Below, one piece after another: positions 1-9,699 of a stretch of DNA of 32,000 bases. Origin of the DNA: an uncultured Bacilli bacterium. Its GTDB lineage: Bacteria > Bacillota_I > Bacilli_A > RF39 > UBA660. Location of the stretch: assembly GCA_944358535.1 (NCBI GenBank), contig CALVRH010000009.1, forward strand, positions 7,125 to 39,124, written 5' to 3'. Position 1 is the stretch's first letter; every line of letters begins with the position of its first letter. The translations under genes were made by a program, and so were the position numbers. The notes beneath the pieces were generated by a model. The model had not been told where the DNA came from. It did no database searches and was given only the letters and a program-made list of their open reading frames with translations.

Positions 1-62
1 GTATTCGATTTTTTATATAATAAAATAGATATTAATTTATTTAAAAAATGTGTGGGATATGG

Positions 63-90
63 AAAAAATGCTTAAAGTTAAGCATTTTTT
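63..90 (-). terminator. Rho-independent terminator of ackA. The hairpin overlaps the stop codon.
   Basis: Stem ATGCTTAA (68-75) / TTAAGCAT (78-85) with a 2-nt loop. It is flanked by an A-run (63-67) and T-run (86-90), giving a T-tract on either strand. Confidence 0.5.
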
Positions 91-1259
91 ATTAATTCTA
101 AAGTATCTCTTGCAATCATTAATTCTTCATCTGTTGGAATAACATATACTTTTATTTTAGAGTTAGGTGTACTAATTAAAGCTTCTCCATGACAATTGTT
201 ATTTTTTTCGTCATCAATTTCAACACCTAAACATTTTAAATTTTCACAAACTAACCTTCTAACTATAAAACTGTTTTCACCGATTCCAGCAGTAAATACT
301 ATAACATCGGCCCCACCTAATAGTACATAATACTGAGCAATGTAATCAGTTATTCTTCTCGCATATTTGTGCATAGTGAGTATTGCTCTAACATCTCCTT
401 TATTATAAGCTTCTGTTAAATCTCTCATATCACTACTAATACCACTTAATCCTAAAATACCACTATGTTTATTTAAATCGTTAATAATAGCATTTATATC
501 TTTATTTTCAGCTTCCATAACAGGTGGCAATAATGATGGATCAATATCTCCTGAACGTGTTCCCATCATAACTCCAGCTAGTGGTGTGAAGCCCATAGAT
601 GTGTCTACACATTTACCATTTTTAACTGCGGTAATTGAAGCACCATTACCTATATGGCAGCTGATTAAGTTAAATTTATCGGTGTTTAATATTTCAGACA
701 TTGTTTCAGTAATATATCTATGACTGGTTCCATGAGCGCCATATTTTCTAATACCATATTTTTCATACCATTCATATGGAACTGGATATATATATGTTTC
801 TTTATTCATTGTTTGATGGAAGGCTGTATCAAAGACTACCGTATTTGGTACGTTTGGCAAAGCTTTTTGAAATGCTTCAATTCCAAGCATATTTGCTGGG
901 TTGTGAAGTGGGGCGAAGTGTTTAATTGATTCTAGTTTTTGCATAACTTCATCATCTACAATAACTGATTTATCAAAGACGTCTTTACCTTGAACTACTC
1001 TATGTCCAACACCTTCGATTTCATCTAATGATTTTACAATATTCAAACTAATTAGTTTTTCAAGTAATAAATTAACTGCATCGACATGAGTTTTTAACTT
1101 AGCATCTTCTTCGTTTTTTTCTCCATTAAATTTAATTTTATAGTGTCCATCGATGCCTATTCTTTCAAAGACTCCACTTGCAATAACTGTTTCATTTTCC
1201 ATGTTGATTAAACTAAATTTAAGTGAACTACTTCCTGCGTTTATTGATAATATTTTCAT
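78..1259 (-). CDS. ackA: Acetate kinase
   Basis: 393-aa ORF with the N-terminal MKILSINAGSSSLKFSL and overall acetate/propionate kinase (ASKHA) look. AAGGAGG SD upstream. The start abuts the folD stop. Confidence 0.93.
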   Translation of the reverse strand: MKILSINAGSSSLKFSLINMENETVIASGVFERIGIDGHYKIKFNGEKNEEDAKLKTHVDAVNLLLEKLISLNIVKSLDEIEGVGHRVVQGKDVFDKSVIVDDEVMQKLESIKHFAPLHNPANMLGIEAFQKALPNVPNTVVFDTAFHQTMNKETYIYPVPYEWYEKYGIRKYGAHGTSHRYITETMSEILNTDKFNLISCHIGNGASITAVKNGKCVDTSMGFTPLAGVMMGTRSGDIDPSLLPPVMEAENKDINAIINDLNKHSGILGLSGISSDMRDLTEAYNKGDVRAILTMHKYARRITDYIAQYYVLLGGADVIVFTAGIGENSFIVRRLVCENLKCLGVEIDDEKNNNCHGEALISTPNSKIKVYVIPTDEELMIARDTLELIKNA

Positions 1260-2153
1260 TTAAATTTCCTCCTTTATATATTGTTTTCCTTTGGTTTCTT
1301 TAGTTTGTATGAGTTCTTTTTGCTTTTCAGCGGCAGTAACTATATTTTCAAGCAGTGTTGCAATGGTTACTGGTCCTACTCCACCGGGTACTGGAGTATA
1401 GAAACTGGCTATACCTTCTGGGTTTTCAGCATCTCCTACTGATTTACCATTAACATAATTATATCCAGCATCTATTAATATTGCTCCTTCTTTGAGCCAT
1501 TCTTTTTTTATATATTCTGGTTTTCCTAAAGCAGCAATTACGATATCCGATGATTTAATTTCTTCTTTTAAATCTTTTGTTTTGGAATGGCAAATGGTTA
1601 TAGTAGCATTTCTGTTTAAAAGCATTAAAGCAATCGGTTTACCTAATATTTGACTTCTTCCAACAACACAGGCTTTTTTTCCTTCAAGGTTTATGTTATA
1701 GAAATCTAAAATATTAATTATTCCCTTTGGAGTTGCGGCACCAAACGCATTTTCATTAAAAGACATTTTTCCAAAACTATGAGAGTTTAATCCATCTACA
1801 TCTTTTTCTAAAGCAATGGTATCAAAACATTTTTGTTCATCAATTATTTCTGGTAGTGGGTGCTGGATCAAAATTCCATTAATTGATGAATCATCATTTA
1901 ACATTTTAATAATTTGTATTAAACCTTCTGTAGTGAATGTTGGGAAAGAATATTCTCTAGTATTTATTCCTACTCTTTTACAAGCTTCTGTTTTCATTTT
2001 AACATATGTTTTTGATGGTTTATTATTACCAACAATAATGGTAGCTAAAGTTATATTATCATTATAGTTATCTTCATAATCATATACTCTTTTTCTGACA
2101 TTTTCTTCAATGTTTTTAGCGATTAATTTTCCATCTAAAATTGTACTTTTCAT
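1260..2153 (-). CDS. folD: Bifunctional methylenetetrahydrofolate dehydrogenase / methenyl-THF cyclohydrolase
   Basis: 297-aa ORF with FolD-like motifs (PSKTYVKMKTEACKRVGI, VVGRSQILGKPIALMLL, PVPGGVGPVT). AGGTGA SD. Confidence 0.93.
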   Translation of the reverse strand: MKSTILDGKLIAKNIEENVRKRVYDYEDNYNDNITLATIIVGNNKPSKTYVKMKTEACKRVGINTREYSFPTFTTEGLIQIIKMLNDDSSINGILIQHPLPEIIDEQKCFDTIALEKDVDGLNSHSFGKMSFNENAFGAATPKGIINILDFYNINLEGKKACVVGRSQILGKPIALMLLNRNATITICHSKTKDLKEEIKSSDIVIAALGKPEYIKKEWLKEGAILIDAGYNYVNGKSVGDAENPEGIASFYTPVPGGVGPVTIATLLENIVTAAEKQKELIQTKETKGKQYIKEEI

Positions 2154-2205
2154 GTTTTCACCTGCTTTTTCGTGTTATAACATATGTAATAATTTATTTA
2201 AATAA

Positions 2206-2280
2206 TGGTGTCCGAAAGGAGAATCGAACTCCTATCATTCCCTTCGGAGGGGAATACTCTATCCATTAAGCTATTCGGAC
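2206..2280 (-). tRNA. tRNA-Arg (anticodon CCG), CCA encoded
   Basis: Reverse complement reads GTCCGAA-TA-GCTT..GAGT-A-TTCCC-CTCCGAA-GGGAA-TGAT-AGGAG-TTCGATT-CTCCT-TTCGGAC-A-CCA. It has a 7-bp acceptor stem, a U33-CCG-A37 loop and a T-loop TTCGATT. Length 75 nt. Confidence 0.9.
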
Positions 2281-2288
2281 ATATATTT

Positions 2289-2317
2289 ATTATATCATGA
2301 AAAAGCTCAGGTTTGAA
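2289..2317 (-). promoter_or_regulatory. Candidate sigma-A promoter for tRNA-Arg(CCG)
   Basis: On the minus strand: TTCAAA (2317-2312), 17-nt spacer, TATAAT (2294-2289). The -10 ends 9 nt before the tRNA 5' end. The -35 lies in the loop of the upstream terminator. Confidence 0.35.
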
Positions 2318-2324
2318 CCTGAGC
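2298..2324 (-). terminator. Rho-independent terminator after the 145-aa membrane protein gene
   Basis: GCTCAGG (2305-2311) / CCTGAGC (2318-2324) stem with a 6-nt loop, followed on the minus strand by TTTTT (plus-strand A-run 2300-2304). It overlaps the last codons and stop of the ORF. Confidence 0.6.
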
Positions 2325-2744
2325 GGTAATTTTTATGTCGATATTTTTTGTGTTTTTTAAATCTTTATTAGTTTTAATTATTATATTTTTTTCATTTTCA
2401 CCAGTTAATATATCACCTATGTAACTAGTTAGAACTGTTTTCTTGTTTTCTTTATCTTTTAGTGTTATTGTTACTGGAGATATTTTTAATTCATTGGATG
2501 ATAGGTTTGTAGCTTTAGCTGTTAAATAAAATTCATTTTCTTGTTTAAATATTTTTATATCACTAAATAGTATGTTGTTTTGAATAGTATCATCAAATTT
2601 TAAATGAATTAATTCTGGTTCCTTTTCATTTTTTTTATTTGTTTCTTTAGGTATAAAGATATAAATAGCAAAAATTATAACTATTAAAAGTAGCACTATT
2701 AAGATTATTTTTCCAGGAGTTATGGCGTTTATATCTCTTTCCAT
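2307..2744 (-). CDS. Single-pass membrane protein, unknown function
   Basis: 145-aa ORF with one N-terminal hydrophobic helix (IILIVLLLIVIIFAIYIFI), then a Lys/Asn-rich beta-looking ectodomain. Its start overlaps the stop of the upstream ATPase by 1 nt (TAATG), suggesting translational coupling. Confidence 0.6.
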   Translation of the reverse strand: MERDINAITPGKIILIVLLLIVIIFAIYIFIPKETNKKNEKEPELIHLKFDDTIQNNILFSDIKIFKQENEFYLTAKATNLSSNELKISPVTITLKDKENKKTVLTSYIGDILTGENEKNIIIKTNKDLKNTKNIDIKITAQVQT

Positions 2745-4498
2745 TAATTAGCTTTCCATGTTTCAAAGACATTACAGCTACTTGATGAAGGTGCTGGATC
2801 TGGCATTTTCATTCTAACTATGGTTGGGATTTTAAAAGCTCCGCCAAAGGCCATACATGTTCCTGGTTGCAAAGTTTTTTGCTTTTCAACGATATCAGCT
2901 GAAATGTTTGGGAGCATTTTCGTTATATAATCTAGGTCTCTTGGATGAGTTATTTTAAAGATTAAGAAGTTCGCACACTGAGAGATAACTGTGTCTGATA
3001 TTTCAACTGGTCTTTGTGAAATAAGGTTAAAAATTAAACCGTATTTACGTCCTTCTTTAGCTGCTCTTTCAAAAATATTATAACCGATTAATTCGACATC
3101 TCCATCGTTTTGAACATATCTATGAGCTTCTTCAACGAAGATATGAAATGGAATGGAAGCTCTATTTTTTAGGCTTTTTGTAAAATTAAATAACATTTTA
3201 GTGTATATTTTTACAACTACTTTGGCAAACCAGTCTTCTACATCTTCTAGGTTAAAGTTTATAACTTGTGCTTTTTGTCCATTTTTAGCTACTAGTGTGG
3301 CAATATAATTTTCCATGGTTATGAAGTTTGAATAACGAAGATATCTTGAGTTTTCAGATATAGTTAATGAATGAAGTCTTACTTTTAATTCGATGGCGTC
3401 AGCGTAGGTATCGGTATTGTTTAATAGTCCTTCACTAATTAAGGTAAATTCCAAAGCTTTTTCTAGGTCTTCTAAGGTGAAATATTTAACTTCTTTTGGT
3501 TCATATTTATCTAATGATTCATCGATAAAACTAGTGATATATTCTGTCATTAAGATGCTTTCTGGGAAGTTTCCTTGAGTATCGATGGTAAAGCATTCTC
3601 TAAATTTTCTGGTGTAACCGATACCTTGAACTGGAGCTTCTAGATTGAACTGAGGTGTTGAACAGTTAGCAATTATTGCGAAGACATCATTTCTTTTACT
3701 ACTCGCTGTTTGATTGGTATATAAAATTGTCATGATGGCTTTAGCTATTAAATGGTTTTTATATTTTGTACTCATTTCATCATCTGAAGCAAAGATATTA
3801 ACTAGTTTTAACATTCTTTCAATTATGGTTAATTGCGAATGCTTATCGGCACGTAATAATAAGGCCATATCATCAATATCTAAAAGCCAAAGTGGAATTG
3901 AAAGGATTTCACCGTCTGTTTGATGGATGTTAGTAGTATAAAATTTAAAGTGCAAATTCGGATTTATTTTATCGATATTTTGTAAGGCATTATGATATTC
4001 ACCATAAGCATCAAAGATAAAAAAGTTTGATCTAAATGGTAAAAGTTTTGGATTTTCAAAAACATTTTGAAGCAGTCTAGCTACTCCACATGATTTACCA
4101 GAACCACTATTACCAAATATAGCCATATGACTACTAAATAAGTCATTTATATCTGTATAAATTGGGTGACTATTATATAATGGGCTTTCACCTAAAATAA
4201 ATGATGATGATGTGTCTGCGCCTAAAATTAGACCAACTTCTTCTGGGTTGATTAATCTAATATTGGCATTAAAGGTTGGTTTTCTAATGACACCACCAAC
4301 AAATCTACCATTTTCAATTGCTCCTAGAAATCTGATTTTAATGATATCACTACCAGTATCTTCTACTTCTCCTAAGATTTTATTACCAGTATCTTCAAAT
4401 ATAACGTGCATATTCATGATATCAGCTTTAAGTGAACCATCTTTTGGTGTTTCAACGTGCGCTTCGGTATTACTTATATAAAGTATTTTTCCAAACAT
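2744..4498 (-). CDS. HerA/FtsK-superfamily ATPase (DUF87-like)
   Basis: 584-aa ORF. Walker A GNSGSGKSCGV; Walker B-like HIFVEEAHRYV; C-terminal LISQRPVEISDTVISQCANFLIFKITHPRDLDYI, typical of HerA/DUF87 proteins. N-terminal barrel-like segment. GGGGAGG SD. Confidence 0.8.
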   Translation of the reverse strand: MFGKILYISNTEAHVETPKDGSLKADIMNMHVIFEDTGNKILGEVEDTGSDIIKIRFLGAIENGRFVGGVIRKPTFNANIRLINPEEVGLILGADTSSSFILGESPLYNSHPIYTDINDLFSSHMAIFGNSGSGKSCGVARLLQNVFENPKLLPFRSNFFIFDAYGEYHNALQNIDKINPNLHFKFYTTNIHQTDGEILSIPLWLLDIDDMALLLRADKHSQLTIIERMLKLVNIFASDDEMSTKYKNHLIAKAIMTILYTNQTASSKRNDVFAIIANCSTPQFNLEAPVQGIGYTRKFRECFTIDTQGNFPESILMTEYITSFIDESLDKYEPKEVKYFTLEDLEKALEFTLISEGLLNNTDTYADAIELKVRLHSLTISENSRYLRYSNFITMENYIATLVAKNGQKAQVINFNLEDVEDWFAKVVVKIYTKMLFNFTKSLKNRASIPFHIFVEEAHRYVQNDGDVELIGYNIFERAAKEGRKYGLIFNLISQRPVEISDTVISQCANFLIFKITHPRDLDYITKMLPNISADIVEKQKTLQPGTCMAFGGAFKIPTIVRMKMPDPAPSSSSCNVFETWKAN

Positions 4499-4510
4499 AA
4501 TTTTCCTCCC

Positions 4511-4801
4511 CTATAACAATTCTTCTATTTTATTTTTTATTTTTGGATCTAAATTTTTGATTATTTGTTTTATTTTTAAACTATTTTGATATTGTTTTAA
4601 TATGGTTTCATAATGGTTTAATTTGTTTTCAGCATCTTTGATTTGTTTATGAACAGCGTTTCTAGAAACATTTTCATTTTCTGATATTTCTGAAAGTGTT
4701 AGGTTTTTAAAGTAATAATCTTTAAAATAAGATTGCTGTTTTTCTGTAAGTAACTCTCCATAATAATCAAACAGATTGCTTAAATAGATTGTTTTATCCA
4801 T
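4511..4801 (-). CDS. ylxM: YlxM/UPF0122 small HTH protein (SRP-operon associated)
   Basis: 96-aa ORF with LFDYYGELLTEKQQSYFKDYYFKNLTLSEISENENVSRNAVHKQIK, matching the YlxM sigma-region-4-like HTH. It overlaps the ftsY stop by 1 nt. Confidence 0.85.
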   Translation of the reverse strand: MDKTIYLSNLFDYYGELLTEKQQSYFKDYYFKNLTLSEISENENVSRNAVHKQIKDAENKLNHYETILKQYQNSLKIKQIIKNLDPKIKNKIEELL

Positions 4802-5775
4802 TATTCATCCATTCCTTTAAATAATCCATAAATATATTTTTCAATATCAAACACTCTTAAGTCATCTTTGGTCTCACCTAACCCAACATATTTAACAGGT
4901 ATTCCTGTTTCTTCTTTGATGGCGAGGACTATTCCCCCTTTGGCTGTTCCATCTAGTTTAGTTAAAACAATACCAGTTATATTGGTTATTTCTTTAAAGT
5001 TTTTAGCTTGACTAATACCGTTTTGACCAGTAGTCGCATCAACTACAAGCAGAGTTTCATGTGGGGCATTGTCAATTAATTTACCAATAACTTTGTTTAC
5101 TTTTTCTAACTCTTTCATTAAACCCACTTTATTTTGAAGCCTACCAGCAGTATCAACTAAAACTACATCGTAGTTTTCTTCTTTGGCTTTGTTAACTCCA
5201 TCATACATAACACTTACGGGGTCAGCGTTTTCTTTTGAAACAATGTCAACGCCTATTTTTTTAGCCCATTCATCTAACTGTTCGATGGCTCCGGCTCTAA
5301 ATGTATCACCGGCAACTACTAATACTTTCTTACCTTCTTCTTTTAATTTGTTAGCGATTTTACCTATAGTTGTTGTTTTACCGGCACCATTAACACCAAC
5401 AAATAGAATGACTGTTGGTCCTTCTTTGGCATAGTTAATTTTATTAGTGATAATATCGCCATCAACATATATGATGAACATTTCGTCTACTATAATGTCT
5501 TTTAATTCGTCGGCTGTTTTGATGTTTTCTTTTTTTACACGTTTTTTTAATCTATCGATTATTTCCATTACGGTATTTACACCAATATCAGACATAATCA
5601 ATATTTCTTCTAGATTTTCAAAATATTCATCATCAACTATTTTATGGTTTTTATTTAAATTTAATAAAGCAGATAAAAAGTTATCTCTTGTTTTTTCTAG
5701 TCCTTTATCATAAATTTGAACTTCTTCTTTTTCTTCTTTTTTAAAGATGTTTTTAAATTTATCAAATAATCCCAT
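4801..5775 (-). CDS. ftsY: Signal recognition particle receptor FtsY
   Basis: SRP GTPase motifs GVNGAGKTTTIGK, DTAGR, TKLDG. I place the start at ATG 5775 (MGLFDKFK). The track's GTG at 5784 is part of the GGGTGA SD. Confidence 0.93.
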   Translation of the reverse strand: MGLFDKFKNIFKKEEKEEVQIYDKGLEKTRDNFLSALLNLNKNHKIVDDEYFENLEEILIMSDIGVNTVMEIIDRLKKRVKKENIKTADELKDIIVDEMFIIYVDGDIITNKINYAKEGPTVILFVGVNGAGKTTTIGKIANKLKEEGKKVLVVAGDTFRAGAIEQLDEWAKKIGVDIVSKENADPVSVMYDGVNKAKEENYDVVLVDTAGRLQNKVGLMKELEKVNKVIGKLIDNAPHETLLVVDATTGQNGISQAKNFKEITNITGIVLTKLDGTAKGGIVLAIKEETGIPVKYVGLGETKDDLRVFDIEKYIYGLFKGMDE

Positions 5776-5799
5776 GTTTATCACCCTGTTACTATTTAA

Positions 5800-5828
5800 A
5801 TTTTACACTATTTTTTTATAAACTTCAA
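5800..5828 (-). promoter_or_regulatory. Candidate promoter of the ftsY operon
   Basis: Minus strand: TTGAAG (5828-5823), 17 nt, TAAAAT (5805-5800), preceded by a TG (extended -10-like). Confidence 0.35.
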
Positions 5829-5899
5829 TAAATATAGGGAAATTTTGGATAAACGCATGAGAAATTATGAGTTTATCTTGAAGGGTATTATATGTGAAC

Positions 5900-5928
5900 T
5901 TGTCAAAGTTTAAAAAAAAAGATATAAT
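5900..5928 (+). promoter_or_regulatory. Candidate sigma-A promoter of rnj
   Basis: TTGTCA (5900-5905), 17-nt spacer, TATAAT (5923-5928), ~38 nt upstream of the rnj start. Confidence 0.45.
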
Positions 5929-5966
5929 GTTATAGTCAGTTTTAACTTTAAAGAAAGGAGTTTATA

Positions 5967-7646
5967 ATGAAGTTTAACAAAGATGAGACTTACATTTTCG
6001 CTTTAGGCGGACTTGGTGAGGTCGGAAAAAATATGTATTGTGTAATGCATAATGATGAAATTATTATTACTGATGCGGGTGTTATATTCCCTGGCGGGGA
6101 ACTTTTAGGAATTGATTATGTTATTCCAGATTTTACGTTTTTAAAACAAAATGAAAGTAAAATTAAAGGGTTATTTATTACCCATGGTCATGAGGATCAT
6201 ATTGGTGGTATTCCATTTTTACTTTCAGAAGTTAATATTCCGGCTATATATGCGCCTAATCAAGCTGCCGCTTTGATTAGAAAAAAGTTAGAAGATAGAA
6301 AGATAAAATATAATAATCTATTTATTTATAAAGATGACAGTGTTTACAGATTCAAAGATATGTGGGTTGAATTTTATAGAACTACCCACTCTATTCCAGA
6401 TTCACATGGTATTGTGATTCATACACCAGATGGTGTTATTATGACAACAGGTGATTTCAAATTTGATTTAACACCGATTGGTCCAATGGCTGATATTGGT
6501 AAGATTGCAAGACTAGGTTCTGAAGGTGTTACTTTACTTTTAAGTGATAGTACTAATGCGATGAATTCTGGTATAAGTATCAGTGAATCTAAAGTAGATG
6601 ATGCTTTAGAAGAGTTATTTAATAAACACGACAGTAGAATTATAATTGCTACATTTGCTTCTAATATTTATAGATTAAAACATATTGTTGATACTTGTAA
6701 AAGACATGGAAGAAAAATTGCGGTGTTTGGTAGAAGTATGGAAAATAATATTGAAATTTCTATTGAGGGCGGATATATTAAACATAAAGAGATATTTATT
6801 ACTCCTGAAGAGGCAACGAATCTTCCTTCTAACAAGGTATGCTTACTTTGTACAGGGACACAAGGTGAACCACTAGCTGCTTTAAGTAGACTTGCGAATG
6901 GAACATTTAGACATATTAAATTACGTAGTGATGATGTGGTAGTATTTTCTTCGTCAGCAATTCCTGGTAATGCTTTAAGTATTTCTAGGACGATTAATAA
7001 ATTATATTTAAAAGGAATAACAGTTTATACTAATACATCTTTAAGTGATATTCATGCTTCTGGTCATGCGAATGAAGAGGAACTTAAATGGATGATTAGA
7101 TTAGCTAAACCAAAGTATTTTATGCCTTTCCATGGTGAATACAGAATGCTTAAAAGACATGCGGATATTGCAGTAGAATGTGATGTTCCCCTTGAAAACA
7201 CTTTTGTACTTACTAATGGTGATGTTCTTTCTATGAAAAAAGGTGTCATTAAAAATGCCGGACATATTACAGCAGGCGATACTTATGTCGATGGTAACCG
7301 TATTGGTGAAGTTAGTAATGCAGTAATGAAAGACCGTAAGATAATGGCTAATGATGGAATTGTAGTGGTTATTGCTAATATTGATGTTCAAAATAGCAGA
7401 TTACTTGCTAATCCAAATATTATTACAAGAGGTTTTGTTTTAGTTAATGATAATTTAGATTTACTTAAAAAATTAGAACTGATTGCTAAAGAGGCAATTA
7501 TTAATAAAATTAAAACTGGCGTTAATTATGCAGATATAAAAACAGAAGTTACTAATAGTTTAAGTGGTTATATTAATTTACATACTGGAAGAAAACCAAT
7601 TATTTTACCGGTTATTATGAATATTAAAAAAGACGTTAAAATTTAA
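5967..7646 (+). CDS. rnj: Ribonuclease J (metallo-beta-lactamase/beta-CASP)
   Basis: 559-aa [18 protein letters not shown] start, HGHEDHIGG metallo-beta-lactamase motif, RNase J length and C-terminal domain. AAAGGAG SD. Confidence 0.93.
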   Translation: MKFNKDETYIFALGGLGEVGKNMYCVMHNDEIIITDAGVIFPGGELLGIDYVIPDFTFLKQNESKIKGLFITHGHEDHIGGIPFLLSEVNIPAIYAPNQAAALIRKKLEDRKIKYNNLFIYKDDSVYRFKDMWVEFYRTTHSIPDSHGIVIHTPDGVIMTTGDFKFDLTPIGPMADIGKIARLGSEGVTLLLSDSTNAMNSGISISESKVDDALEELFNKHDSRIIIATFASNIYRLKHIVDTCKRHGRKIAVFGRSMENNIEISIEGGYIKHKEIFITPEEATNLPSNKVCLLCTGTQGEPLAALSRLANGTFRHIKLRSDDVVVFSSSAIPGNALSISRTINKLYLKGITVYTNTSLSDIHASGHANEEELKWMIRLAKPKYFMPFHGEYRMLKRHADIAVECDVPLENTFVLTNGDVLSMKKGVIKNAGHITAGDTYVDGNRIGEVSNAVMKDRKIMANDGIVVVIANIDVQNSRLLANPNIITRGFVLVNDNLDLLKKLELIAKEAIINKIKTGVNYADIKTEVTNSLSGYINLHTGRKPIILPVIMNIKKDVKI

Positions 7647-7661
7647 TTTGACGTCTTTTTT
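7627..7661. terminator. Bidirectional hairpin shared by convergent rnj and eno
   Basis: AAAGACGT (7629-7636) / ACGTCTTT (7651-7658) with a 14-nt loop, flanked by A-run and T-run. The two ORFs overlap by 4 nt (7643-7646) inside the loop. Confidence 0.5.
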
Positions 7662-8884
7662 AATATTTCTTCAATTCTAAGTAATTCATTATATTTACAT
7701 GTTCTATCAGTTCTAGACAAAGAACCTGTTTTTATTTGTCCTAGATTTAAACCGACAGCAAGGTCAGCGATAGAGGTGTCTTCAGTTTCACCACTACGAT
7801 GAGAGATGATTGTTTTATAGCCATGCTCTTTAGCTAAGTTAATAGTATCTAAGGTTTCACTAATTGTTCCAATTTGATTTATTTTAAGTAAAATGGCATT
7901 ACCAGCATGCATGTCAATACCTTTTTGAAGGTATTTTTTATTAGTAACAAATAGGTCATCACCAACTAATTGGATTTTATCGCCATATCTTTCAGTCATT
8001 TTTTGGAACCCTTCCCAATCGTTTTCGTCAACTGGATCTTCGATAGAAATGATTGGATATTTATCAAGTAAAGTTTGATAGTAATCTATTAATTCATCGG
8101 TAGTTAATTTTAAATTAGCTCCTTTTAAATTGTAAATTCCATCTTCATAAAATTCACTAGCCGCAACATCTATAGCAAAGTTAACATCTTTACCTGGTAT
8201 GTATCCAGCTTCATTAATAGCTTTGATAAGTAAATCTAATGCTTCTTCATTTGTATTTAAGTTAGGGGCGAAGCCACCTTCATCTCCTACTCCAGTATGA
8301 TATCCTGCTTTATTTAAAACACTTTTTAAATGATGGAATACTTCACTTCCAATTTGCAATCTTTTACTGAATGTTTCTGCAGCAGGTACAATCATAAATT
8401 CTTGAAAATCTAGGCCATTATCTGCATGAGCGCCACCATTTAAAATGTTCATCATGGCTCTTGGCATTGAATATTCTTTGCCAACATATTTAAATAATGG
8501 TTCATTACTATCTAAAGCGGCAGCTTTTAGGTTGGCGAGTGAAATACCTAATATTGCATTTGCTCCATATTTTTCTTTATTTTCAGTACCATCTAAAGCT
8601 AACAAAGTTTCATCTATTTTTCTTTGATCATGTGGATCCATACCGATTAATGATTTTTTAAGAATATTGTTGACATTATTTACAGCAGTTAACACGCCTT
8701 TTCCCATATATCTTTTTGAATCATTATCTCTAAGTTCTAATGCTTCTCTTGTTCCAGTAGAGGCTCCTGATGGGACAGCAGCCCTACCTAAAATACCATT
8801 TTCTAATATAACATCTACTTCAACTGTTGGATTTCCTCTAGAATCTAAGATTTCTCTTGCTTTTATATCTTTAATTTTTGACAT
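7643..8884 (-). CDS. eno: Enolase (phosphopyruvate hydratase)
   Basis: 413-aa [22 protein letters not shown] start and [17 protein letters not shown] motif. AGGAGG SD. Confidence 0.95.
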   Translation of the reverse strand: MSKIKDIKAREILDSRGNPTVEVDVILENGILGRAAVPSGASTGTREALELRDNDSKRYMGKGVLTAVNNVNNILKKSLIGMDPHDQRKIDETLLALDGTENKEKYGANAILGISLANLKAAALDSNEPLFKYVGKEYSMPRAMMNILNGGAHADNGLDFQEFMIVPAAETFSKRLQIGSEVFHHLKSVLNKAGYHTGVGDEGGFAPNLNTNEEALDLLIKAINEAGYIPGKDVNFAIDVAASEFYEDGIYNLKGANLKLTTDELIDYYQTLLDKYPIISIEDPVDENDWEGFQKMTERYGDKIQLVGDDLFVTNKKYLQKGIDMHAGNAILLKINQIGTISETLDTINLAKEHGYKTIISHRSGETEDTSIADLAVGLNLGQIKTGSLSRTDRTCKYNELLRIEEILKKTSN

Positions 8885-9578
8885 TGTTTTTTCCTCCTTT
8901 TAAATTGCCTACAGTTTCTTTTTGGTTCAAAAATGTTTTTAACATGTGATATTTGTTTAGCCAATAGCGATAGTCATTTAAATCTTCTAAAAAGTCCTCG
9001 GAATGATTTTTTTCAAAATCATCTATATATTTTAAAATTTGCTCTTTAAAATTTACCCAATAATTATAACTATATTCAATGGTATAGTTAACATGAGGAC
9101 CTCTTAGTTTGGGGTCGCCTTTCGGTGGTCTAAAGAAAATATCTTCATTGGTGATTATTTCTGCAGTAATATAATTTATTGGAATTGCTTTTCCAGTTAT
9201 TCCGCTGACAAACATGTTTTCAGATGAATTTTGTTTTAAATCAAAGTTATAAAAATTTAAAACATCTTTACAAGTTATTCTTTCAGCTTTAAGTATTTCA
9301 TTTTTTCCTTGATTATTTAAAGATTGCCTTTGCTGAACAAAATCTAATATTTTATTCATTACATTATTATTTATTAGACTTTTATAATAGTCATATATAA
9401 ATATTTCAGAAAAATTATTATAGAATTCTCTTTCATATTCTTTAATAAAAGATGTTAAAAGTTGTTTATAGTCTTCATTAGATAATTTTTCATAGATATT
9501 AAGTTCTTGGTTTAATTTGTTTTTAAAATCTTCAAATAGCATCTCAAATGCCGATAAATCATTTTTGTTTTCCTGCAT
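8871..9578 (-). CDS. Hypothetical protein (no family recognised)
   Basis: 235-aa ORF. Its 3' end overlaps the eno start by 14 nt, so it is probably co-transcribed with eno. Its coding status rests on length and position only. Confidence 0.5.
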   Translation of the reverse strand: MQENKNDLSAFEMLFEDFKNKLNQELNIYEKLSNEDYKQLLTSFIKEYEREFYNNFSEIFIYDYYKSLINNNVMNKILDFVQQRQSLNNQGKNEILKAERITCKDVLNFYNFDLKQNSSENMFVSGITGKAIPINYITAEIITNEDIFFRPPKGDPKLRGPHVNYTIEYSYNYWVNFKEQILKYIDDFEKNHSEDFLEDLNDYRYWLNKYHMLKTFLNQKETVGNLKGGKNNVKN

Positions 9579-9652
9579 ATTACCACCAGTACAATTATAT
9601 CATTTTTTTTCAAAATTGTAATTAAAAACCAAACAATTTACGCTTTATTTTA

Positions 9653-9681
9653 TTGACTTTATGATTTTGCGTGTTTATAAT
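9653..9681 (+). promoter_or_regulatory. Candidate sigma-A promoter of the 198-aa Cys/His-containing ORF
   Basis: TTGACT (9653-9658), exactly 17 nt, TATAAT (9676-9681), followed by AGGAGG (9688-9693) and ATG 9700. Confidence 0.5.
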
Positions 9682-9699
9682 TGGTTTAGGAGGATTAGT

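Noticed and set aside
2744-4498. Whether the gene after ylxM is a divergent ffh.
   Set aside because: The protein has a HerA/DUF87 Walker A/B arrangement and the C-terminal HerA signature. It lacks the SRP GTPase motifs (GxxGxGKTT/DTAGR/TKxD) that are obvious in the neighbouring FtsY, and it has no Met-rich M-domain.
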